Program-made: the position numbers and the translations under genes
The notes under the pieces: model-generated
The model's database searches: none
What the model saw: only the letters and a program-made list of their open reading frames with translations
Told to the model about the DNA's origin: nothing
NCBI RefSeq assembly: GCF_008000775.2
Contig: NZ_CP042905.2
Location: 840,001 to 872,000 of the forward strand
Length of the DNA: 32,000 nt
DNA from: Promethearchaeum syntrophicum
Lineage (GTDB): Archaea; Asgardarchaeota; Lokiarchaeia; Sigyniarchaeales; Promethearchaeaceae
Direction of reading: 5' to 3'
Shown: piece by piece, positions 25,384 through 32,000 of the stretch
Layout: each line of letters starts with the position of its first letter
How positions within the stretch are numbered: position 1 is the first letter of the stretch

Positions 25384-25680
25384 GTTCCCAGGTCTGCTCG
25401 CCGGAACAATGACATTTTTGATTAGTTTATATTTCTTTTCAGAAGTATATTTTTCCTTGGTAAATCGATTCCTAGATTTATCAAGAAATAAAATTAAACC
25501 ACAGAAAATCAATACAACTCCAAAAATTGTTCCTAATAAACTCCAATATATTGGGATAAAAAAAATTAAACTTATTGTTCCAAGAATGCAATAGACTAAC
25601 CCATATATTTTTTCGATTTTCTTATTCTTATATCCATATGGGAATAAAATAAGAAATATGAAATTAATAATATCTATCAT
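25366..25680 (-). CDS. Small three-TM membrane protein, copy 1 (hypothetical); its 3' end runs into the transporter remnant
   Basis: 104 aa. The first ~68 aa are paralogous to the 28437-28697 product (MIDIINFI.LILFPYGYKNKKIE..YGL.YC.LG...L.IFIPIYWSLL....GVVLIF.G..L.LDKS). The C-terminal tails differ, and the last few codons derive from the GPH remnant. Confidence 0.55.
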   Translation of the reverse strand: MIDIINFIFLILFPYGYKNKKIEKIYGLVYCILGTISLIFFIPIYWSLLGTIFGVVLIFCGLILFLDKSRNRFTKEKYTSEKKYKLIKNVIVPASRPGNRCELI

Positions 25681-25730
25681 GGTGATCTAATAAGAAAAAT
25701 GTAAATTAAAAAACTTTTTTACATGAAATA

Positions 25731-25811
25731 TCAGATTTTTATTTCTCTTGTTTCTCCATCCTCCACTGAAAAATCAGTGACAATTTTATCTGTTTTTGTC
25801 TCATCGAGCAT
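25731..25811 (-). pseudogene. Remnant of the 5' end (~22 codons) of the alpha/beta-hydrolase gene
   Basis: The minus strand from ATG 25811 reads MLDETKTDKIVTDFSVEDGETREIKI-stop, versus MLDETRTDTIFPDFSMED(TGA)ETREIIYVP... in the long copy. Homology is lost at about 25744. Confidence 0.65.
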
Positions 25812-26089
25812 TTTTTGAATATTTTGCTCTTGGTCATCTTTAATTTTATATAAATTGGTCAAATAAAACAGTCTTTTTAACATTTTTATAAGATACTTTT
25901 GATTAAAATAAAATAAAAAAATAGAAAACTTGTCATTACCGGTGTGTTAAACGCGCTTCTTTTAGTTCCTTTTTCATTTGCGCTAATTTCTCACCATGTA
26001 ATGGATAGAATAACAGTAAAATAATTACCACAAAATTTGCGATCATTCCGACTGGAGTCATTAAAATCTTTAAACCCGTTCGCAAATCT
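25744..26089. repeat. Direct repeat, copy B (~345 bp): hydrolase 5' remnant + intergenic spacer + 3' end of the intact GPH transporter copy B
   Basis: Partner of 25041-25383; see that entry for the aligned strings. Confidence 0.8.
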
Positions 26090-27399
26090 CCAACATTTAA
26101 GCCTTCTCCTACAAGGTACTGCTCCCATCCATATCCAGAAAGAACGATCATTATAATAACAAATGTCAGAATCGTTGAATATCTATTAATTAATCCATTT
26201 ATTCCATAAAACGAACCTGCTCGATTTCTTCCATTTTTCAGTTCATCTTCATCAATAATATCGGCAATAATAGGATCCACGAAATAAATTCCTCCTGATA
26301 ACCCTATTCCCATGAAAACCATACATAATAACCCGAGATAAGGTTTATTATCCAGAAACCAGAATGGGATTAAAGCAAAAATCCAGAAAATTTGAGTGAG
26401 AATAAAACCATTTCTCCACCCGATTTTCCTTCCAAGTTTCTCTAAAAGTGGAAACATAATCCCTGCAGTTAAAAATCCAACGAGTAATAATAAGGAAATC
26501 ATAAATGCATCCTCTTCGATGCCTAATACATGGATAGCATAAAGTGAGATAATTGATGTTAGGAGTTTGAAAACCATCCATTTGATGAGGTTAGCGATAC
26601 AAAAAACAACAAAAGTTTTGTTTCTTATTGTATCCTTAAGCATCTCAAAAAATCCTGCTTTTTCTGCTTCATAATCTTCTTCTGCTGATTCTTCTACCAT
26701 GCCAAGTTTGAAGAATAGAAATCCGGTTATAATTGTTAAAGCTCCCACAACAATACCTGCTGTTATGTACATACTGGGTATTTTTTCTAATATATCAGGT
26801 GGTGTATCAATTGTCGGTGCTAATGGTGAAATAAATATTGTTGGAAGAACGAATCCAACTAATAATCCGAATATTGTGAAAACTCCACGCCACATATTCG
26901 CGCGTCCACGTGCTGCATCTGTTTTAAACATTTCCGAAAAAACAGCTAATTGATTTATTGAAAAAATAGTATATACTGAATCATAAAGTGCTATAGTTAT
27001 AATCATATATAGGAATATTGCTATCTGGGTTCCATTAATCGGTGCAATGAATATAAACATGTTCATTAATCCAAAAGGGATGATACTAATCATAATCCAG
27101 AACCCTCGTCGTCCATATTTACTTTTTGTTTTATCACTCAAAGGTCCGATCATTGGGTCGTTTATTGAATCCCAAATTGCGAATATTATGAATGCAGTGG
27201 TAATATATGATATATGAAGATGTAGAACGGCGTAATAATACGTAAAAATTAAAAATTGGAACATTTGATGCGACATCTGATCCGTCATTGGACCTAATCC
27301 ATATGCGATCATTGTCTTTCTCGGCACCTTTCCAGAATACATATTTAAATTTTCTTGATCCAAATCAGCTCTAATATCTTTTACGATTTTTTCCGTCAT
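25936..27399 (-). CDS. GPH-family MFS transporter, copy B
   Basis: WDSINDPMIGPLSDKTKSKYGRRGFW signature and collinear similarity to copy A throughout (GLGPMTDQMSHQMFQFLIFTYYYAV vs GFGAMTDQMSHQAFQFLIFTYYFAV; both end in YPLHGEK). Confidence 0.85.
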   Translation of the reverse strand: MTEKIVKDIRADLDQENLNMYSGKVPRKTMIAYGLGPMTDQMSHQMFQFLIFTYYYAVLHLHISYITTAFIIFAIWDSINDPMIGPLSDKTKSKYGRRGFWIMISIIPFGLMNMFIFIAPINGTQIAIFLYMIITIALYDSVYTIFSINQLAVFSEMFKTDAARGRANMWRGVFTIFGLLVGFVLPTIFISPLAPTIDTPPDILEKIPSMYITAGIVVGALTIITGFLFFKLGMVEESAEEDYEAEKAGFFEMLKDTIRNKTFVVFCIANLIKWMVFKLLTSIISLYAIHVLGIEEDAFMISLLLLVGFLTAGIMFPLLEKLGRKIGWRNGFILTQIFWIFALIPFWFLDNKPYLGLLCMVFMGIGLSGGIYFVDPIIADIIDEDELKNGRNRAGSFYGINGLINRYSTILTFVIIMIVLSGYGWEQYLVGEGLNVGDLRTGLKILMTPVGMIANFVVIILLLFYPLHGEKLAQMKKELKEARLTHR

Positions 27400-27644
27400 G
27401 ATTTAGTTTCCTTCTATATTTAGAATCTTAATATTTCTTCAACCTTGCTATATTGATATTTTTGATTTTCTGAATGAAAAACATGTTTACATTTTAGTTT
27501 TTAAGGAGACAATTCACATATTCTTCAAGATCGATTATATTAAGCAATTAATATTAATTAGATACCTATTAACATTAAAATAATATTCTTTTGATCAAAT
27601 AAAAAAAATGAAAATTTTTAGGTTACAATATTTAATACTAATCC

Positions 27645-28343
27645 ATGTTAGCAGAATTGACATATACTTTTGAAATTATAACAATTATCGCAAGTTTTTA
27701 CAGCACTTATAGAATTTTGAAAAAAAAATCTAATTTATTGTGTAGTAATTTAATGGCCGTAGCAACAGGTTTTATTGGATTATATGTTTTATTCGTTTTC
27801 TTATATGATATAATCCAAACATTATGGTCCATTGAAATTTTTCTCAGAATTGCTATGATGTCTATATTAATTGCAACTTTATTTATGTTTTATTCCATGA
27901 ATTGCATGGTTTCTTCAAGTGCATGGTTTCAAAATAAGAAAAAATGGGTGCCGTATATCATTGTAATATTTGGATATACAATTTATTTAATTTTTGCCCA
28001 TTTAGTTACCGTTGAGAGTTATAACCCTTTGAATATCAGCATTGAATTACCGCCGCTTATCATTATGGTTATAATGATGCTTCATTATCTCGTTGCAAGT
28101 CTGTCTAAATTGTTTAGGTTCGGTATAAAAAAAACTGAAGGATTCAGCCAGAAAAAGATGAAAATTTTTGCTACCGGATTAATGTTGAGTGTTATCAGCA
28201 TTTTTATTAATATTTTCAGTCAAATTTTTTCAGGTTCAAATGCCGGAGAGATTTTGGATGTAATATTCTTTTTTAGCCTTGCATGTTCAGTAGTCGTTAT
28301 AGCTTTTGGATTCTTACTCGAACCAAAAAAGGAAGCAGAATGA
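27645..28343 (+). CDS. Integral membrane protein with about seven predicted TM segments (hypothetical)
   Basis: 232-codon ORF with about seven hydrophobic stretches separated by short basic loops (KKKSN, NKKKW, RFGIKKTEGFSQKKMK). No family was recognised. Confidence 0.55.
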   Translation: MLAELTYTFEIITIIASFYSTYRILKKKSNLLCSNLMAVATGFIGLYVLFVFLYDIIQTLWSIEIFLRIAMMSILIATLFMFYSMNCMVSSSAWFQNKKKWVPYIIVIFGYTIYLIFAHLVTVESYNPLNISIELPPLIIMVIMMLHYLVASLSKLFRFGIKKTEGFSQKKMKIFATGLMLSVISIFINIFSQIFSGSNAGEILDVIFFFSLACSVVVIAFGFLLEPKKEAE

Positions 28344-28436
28344 CCTCTTTAAAAAATTTTTTTCAATTTTTTTTCTAAAGGTATTTAATTTACGAGATTA
28401 TACAAATTTTCATTGACCATCGAAGGAGAATATTGA

Positions 28437-28697
28437 TTAAATAATATTTCTTATTGGTGGAGCTTGTCTGAATTGTAGTTGTCTTGATTTAGATTTATCA
28501 AGAATTAAAACGAAACCTAAGAAAATCAATACAACTCCAACAGTAGTATCTAATAAACTCCAATATATTGGAATGAAAATAGTTAAACAGATTATGCCAA
28601 GAACGCAATAGATTAATCCATATACTATTTCGATTTTCTTATTCTTATATCCATATGGGAATAAAATAAGAAGTATAAAATTAATTATGTCTATCAT
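28437..28697 (-). CDS. Small three-TM membrane protein, copy 2 (hypothetical)
   Basis: 86 aa, paralog of the 25366-25680 product. The nucleotide sequences align over the first ~200 nt with high identity by eye. Confidence 0.55.
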   Translation of the reverse strand: MIDIINFILLILFPYGYKNKKIEIVYGLIYCVLGIICLTIFIPIYWSLLDTTVGVVLIFLGFVLILDKSKSRQLQFRQAPPIRNII

Positions 28698-29104
28698 AAC
28701 ACACTATTAATAAAAGTATAAAAATATAATTCTTTCTAAAATGAAAAAATAGTTTTTTTTGAACAAAGTAGTATTAAATTTCAGAGATCTACCTTAGAGC
28801 ATGTTAATTTATTGAAGAAAAGAATTGAATTCTATGACTAAATCACCCAAAAATTATATAAATCTCCTTAAAAATATTTCTCGAATTTTTTTTTTCAAAA
28901 GATTTTTAATATACAAATTTATAAAATATTTTGACAACATTGATTAATTCATATCAAAGTGAGGAAGCACGTCAACTCCATGAAGAAAAAGAACGACTGA
29001 GCTACTACGATTCAAAAGAATTGACTAATTTAAAATTCTCTGTAATATTGATGTTGATTGTTTTGTTGGCTATTCATTTGTATGTTTTTAGTTGAGAATA
29101 ATAT

Positions 29105-29863
29105 TTAATTCAAATAACCAAGTAGATCTTTTCGTATTTTATTAAACTCAAGACTGGTGCGATCTCGTGGGTGAGGAATCTCGATATTGAATTCTTTTAA
29201 TACTTTTGCAGGTAATTTTGTTAAAACTAATACTCGCTTACTTAGAAATGTTGCTTCATCGATATTATGGGTTACAAATACAATTGTTAACTTCTGTTTT
29301 CGCCAAATTTCCAATAAATCTTCCTGTAAAGAATTCCGGGTTTGAGCATCAAGGGCTGAAAATGGTTCATCCATTACTATAAGTTTACTAGTTGGATTTA
29401 TGGCTAATGCCCTACATATTGCAATTTTTTGTTTCATTCCACCAGATATTTCATGAGGTAAGTATTTACGGAATTCATTCATTCCTACAAGATCCAGCAA
29501 TCGTTCTACTGTTTCATCTTGGTCCTCTTTAGAAATATTTTTAATATTTAAACCAAATCGAATGTTTTTTTCAATATTTAGCCACGGAAATAACGAAAAT
29601 TCTTGCGGAATATATCCTATTTTCCCAAGACTTTCAAAATTTTCGTAATAATTATCTGATTTTGGAGAATATTCCAATGATCCATCAAAATCTTTATCAA
29701 ATCCTGCAAGTATTCTGAGGATTGTAGTTTTTCCACATCCACTTGGTCCAATAATTGACACAAAATCGTTTTCGGTAACGTTAAATTCCAAGTTCTTAAG
29801 AACAAGATTTTCTGTTTTTTCAGGTGTTATGAATTTTTTCGAATTAATACCAAATTTAAACAT
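29105..29863 (-). CDS. ABC transporter ATP-binding protein (nitrate/sulfonate/taurine NitT/TauT family, SsuB/TauB-like)
   Basis: Walker A GPSGCGKTT, signature ISGGMKQKIAICRAL, Walker B LIVMDEPFSALD and H-loop FVTHNIDEA. Confidence 0.9.
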   Translation of the reverse strand: MFKFGINSKKFITPEKTENLVLKNLEFNVTENDFVSIIGPSGCGKTTILRILAGFDKDFDGSLEYSPKSDNYYENFESLGKIGYIPQEFSLFPWLNIEKNIRFGLNIKNISKEDQDETVERLLDLVGMNEFRKYLPHEISGGMKQKIAICRALAINPTSKLIVMDEPFSALDAQTRNSLQEDLLEIWRKQKLTIVFVTHNIDEATFLSKRVLVLTKLPAKVLKEFNIEIPHPRDRTSLEFNKIRKDLLGYLN

Positions 29864-29905
29864 TTTTTTCCCTTAGATATTATATTTTTTTGTAATACAA
29901 TTGAT

Positions 29906-30718
29906 TCATTGATGTAATCTCCATTTCAAAGCATAATTCTCAATCAGAACAAAAACTCCATTTATTAACAAACCTATAATTGCAATCATTAACATCCCCG
30001 CGACCATATTTGAATAATTACCAATATTTTTCATATAATTAATAAAATAACCGATTCCAGCCCCGCTAATACCCATCATTTCCGCTGCAATGACACACAT
30101 CCAACCTACTCCAATTGCCACTCTTAATCCAGTGATAATACTTGGTAATATTGATGGCAAAATTACATCCCATGCGATTTGTGATCTTGACGCACCCAAA
30201 GATTTTGCAACATCTTGGTATACTTTTGAGCTTTGGCGAACTCCATCATATATATTTTGTAATAATGGAAAAAAAGCTCCCATAAAAATTATAAAAGCAT
30301 GGGATGTGGTTGTTAATCCAAATGTAATTATTGCAAATGGGATCCAGGCTATTGGGGGAATTGGGCGAATCATTTCAATTATTGGTTTAATTATTCCATC
30401 TAAGAAAGGGTTTACTGCTATTGCAATCCCTAAAGGTATTGCAATGATAAATGCATAGAGAACCCCTATAAAAACTCGAAATAGACTTGCACCTACATGT
30501 TCTAATAGTGTAACTCCATCAACTGGATTCCAAAATAGAATAAAAAATGATTTGAACGCCTCATGAGGAAAAGGAACTACACTTATCCCATTATATGAAA
30601 GTTGGAGAATTAAAACAAAAATATACCATAATACAATGAATAATGCAAATCCTAATACAATATTAACAGTAATTCGGACATTCGGCTTTTTTTGAATTTC
30701 AATTGAAGTTTTTTCCAT
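29906..30718 (-). CDS. ABC transporter permease (SsuC/TauC-like, BPD_transp_1)
   Basis: Six-TM profile and an EAA-loop-like DVAKSLGASRSQIAWDVILPSILPSIITGLRVAIG. Confidence 0.9.
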   Translation of the reverse strand: MEKTSIEIQKKPNVRITVNIVLGFALFIVLWYIFVLILQLSYNGISVVPFPHEAFKSFFILFWNPVDGVTLLEHVGASLFRVFIGVLYAFIIAIPLGIAIAVNPFLDGIIKPIIEMIRPIPPIAWIPFAIITFGLTTTSHAFIIFMGAFFPLLQNIYDGVRQSSKVYQDVAKSLGASRSQIAWDVILPSILPSIITGLRVAIGVGWMCVIAAEMMGISGAGIGYFINYMKNIGNYSNMVAGMLMIAIIGLLINGVFVLIENYALKWRLHQ

Positions 30719-30774
30719 ATTTTTTCCTTCTAATTATACTTCTTTCAATTAATTCTAGATTTTATTTTTTATTT

Positions 30775-31422
30775 CTATTTATCATTCCGAGTAATTTTCA
30801 TATAAAACACTTCATTACGTATTTGTATTTCACAACTACAATTAATAGGATCTTTTTCTAAGACAGTTTTAAAATATTGGCTCCAATATTTTCCATATTT
30901 TATTTGGTTAAAGTTGTGATAAAATGCAATTTCGAAATTTCTTCCATAATTTATGTCTTTTGGCTTATCTTGAGCTTTTATTTGAATTTGCCAAAAATAA
31001 TTCCCTGCTATCCAAATACTTCTAATTGCATTCAAAATTTCATACAAAGTTAAAGTGGAAATATCATTGGTATTATGAAACCATTCGATTAATTGAACAC
31101 AATTGTTATTTTCTTGTGGTTCTGTGGGAATTTTATCAATATACGACATGAATGTTGTGCGTCCGACTGCTACCATGCTGAAATCACTTCTCATTAAGTG
31201 CCACAATTTGTATGGGTCGAGATTTCTTTTTTTTATATCATCTAATAAGTGATCCCGTATTTTTATTAAATCCACGGCTTCTTCAATGACCCTAGAAAGA
31301 CTTCCATAGGATATAGACAATTTTTTCATAGTATCATACGTTTCCTTAGAAACTGTAGTATGAATGTGCTGTTTTTCTGATTTCATGAAATTTTTTCCCA
31401 CACTTTTGATCATTATGAACAC
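30775..31422 (-). CDS. Putative ribbon-helix-helix (CopG/Arc-like) transcriptional regulator with an uncharacterised C-terminal domain
   Basis: HIHTTVSKETYDTMKKLSISYGSLSRVIEEAVDLI fits the RHH pattern of a beta strand followed by two helices. It heads the same-strand run with the ABC permease and ATPase genes. The listed start is GTG at 31422; ATG at 31413 or ATG at 31386 (MKSEKQHIHT...) are alternatives, and 31386 would leave the palindrome outside the CDS. Confidence 0.5.
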   Translation of the reverse strand: MFIMIKSVGKNFMKSEKQHIHTTVSKETYDTMKKLSISYGSLSRVIEEAVDLIKIRDHLLDDIKKRNLDPYKLWHLMRSDFSMVAVGRTTFMSYIDKIPTEPQENNNCVQLIEWFHNTNDISTLTLYEILNAIRSIWIAGNYFWQIQIKAQDKPKDINYGRNFEIAFYHNFNQIKYGKYWSQYFKTVLEKDPINCSCEIQIRNEVFYMKITRNDK

Positions 31423-31434
31423 GAGTGTTCATAA
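31413..31434. promoter_or_regulatory. Perfect 10-bp inverted repeat (candidate operator) in the divergent ABC transporter promoter region
   Basis: TTATGAACAC (31413-31422), GA spacer, GTGTTCATAA (31425-31434). The arms are exact reverse complements. It sits at or just upstream of the 5' end of the RHH regulator gene and 77 nt upstream of the divergent binding-protein gene. Confidence 0.5.
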
Positions 31435-31510
31435 AGGTCTGTTACTTCTAAGATCTTAATAGATATAAATTTTGATGATTTTGAATCAAAATTCTATCGG
31501 AGTTTAGAAA

Positions 31511-32000
31511 ATGGTATCAAGAAAAAATAAAGCATTATTATTGATTTCTATTTTAATGTTAACAGGTATAACTGCCGTTTCTATCTACTTCGTGGATAAA
31601 AATAGAGCAGATGTAAAAATAGGTTTTTTAGAAGGGGATTTACATCAACTCGCATTCTATGTTGCTAGAGAAAATGGTTTTTATGAAAAAGAAAATATAA
31701 CGATTAAAGGAGTTTCCTTTGCGAATGGTGGTGATGTAATGACTTCATTTGCTGCTAGTAAAAGAAGCATTGATATGGCATATTTTGGGTTTGCTCCTGC
31801 CCTTTATCACAGATTTAATAATCCAGCAGCAAATATTACAGTTTTAGCTGGTGTAAACGTAAATGGATCTGCATTGATTGTGAAAAACGATTCATCAATT
31901 CAAACAGGAGCAGACCTTGAAGGACTTAAAATTGCAGTTCCAGCTCGACACAATATGCAAGATTTTATATTGAGTATGATCCTCAACAATTCAGGATTAA
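31511..32000 (+). CDS. ABC transporter substrate-binding protein (NMT1/SsuA/TauA-like), 3'-truncated by the window edge
   Basis: I translated this by hand because it is absent from the ORF track (it is open-ended). It reads MVSRKNKALLLISILMLTGITAVSIYF (signal anchor), then VKIGFLEGDLHQLAFYVARENGFYEKENITIKGVSFANGGDVMTSFAA...GLKIAVPARHNMQDFIL, which is typical of NMT1-type binding proteins. Confidence 0.8.
   Translation, partial: MVSRKNKALLLISILMLTGITAVSIYFVDKNRADVKIGFLEGDLHQLAFYVARENGFYEKENITIKGVSFANGGDVMTSFAASKRSIDMAYFGFAPALYHRFNNPAANITVLAGVNVNGSALIVKNDSSIQTGADLEGLKIAVPARHNMQDFILSMILNNSGL

Noticed and set aside
22556-27399. Treating the two GPH transporter genes as a recent tandem duplicate
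   Set aside because: They are collinear paralogs but differ at many positions at the protein level, and far more at the nucleotide level. The duplication is therefore old. Only the ~345-bp junction repeats are similar enough to align by eye at the DNA level.
24044-28800. An insertion sequence or transposon as the cause of the rearranged region
   Set aside because: I found no transposase- or integrase-like ORF in any frame, no terminal inverted repeats and no short target-site duplications. The repeats are long (~345 bp) copies of host gene ends, which points to duplication or recombination rather than a classical mobile element.
1-32000. tRNA, rRNA or other structured RNA genes, and CRISPR arrays
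   Set aside because: In this AT-rich background such genes should appear as GC-rich islands of 70 nt or more. All intergenic regions are AT-rich and contain no cloverleaf-compatible stems that I could find. No regularly spaced direct repeats of CRISPR type are present.

Overview
The window is AT-rich (about 30% GC by eye) and gene-dense, and it looks archaeal. Supporting markers are a proteasome beta subunit with a propeptide, a UPF0179 protein, a DRG/TGS-type GTPase, endonuclease III, and short AT-rich intergenic regions with TATA-like boxes. The N/K/I-rich proteins, the longin-like small proteins and an AN1-like zinc finger suggest an Asgard (Lokiarchaeia-like) origin, but that is inference only. 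I support about 33 protein-coding genes and found no rRNA, tRNA, CRISPR array or recognisable transposase. The genes fall into these groups. Housekeeping and metabolism: acyl-CoA dehydrogenase (5' partial), psmB, nth, M1 metallopeptidase, nitroreductase, radical SAM, PHP phosphatase and an MBL hydrolase. Signalling: a GAF-PAS histidine kinase with a CheY-like regulator. DNA modification: one solitary gamma-class N6-adenine methyltransferase. Transport: two EamA/DMT genes, two paralogous GPH/MFS symporters, and an SsuABC/TauABC-like ABC system with a ribbon-helix-helix (RHH) regulator. Four things deserve a second look. (1) At 16.1-18.4 kb, two paralogous ~152-aa longin-like proteins bracket a divergent DRG-family GTPase. 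Its G3 and G4 motifs are degenerate, and its conserved N-terminal 94 codons contain no ATG/GTG/TTG start. (2) An 801-aa protein combines an AN1/HIT-like zinc finger, a zinc ribbon, five tandem winged-helix-like repeats, a beta-rich domain and a C-terminal coiled coil. (3) At 24.2-26.1 kb there is a rearranged, decaying region. It holds an alpha/beta-hydrolase gene kept in a single frame but with three in-frame stops, and ~345-bp direct repeats flanking a small membrane-protein gene cassette. (4) A perfect 10-bp inverted repeat sits in the divergent promoter of the ABC transporter locus. All functional calls come from motif recognition by eye; no database search was run.
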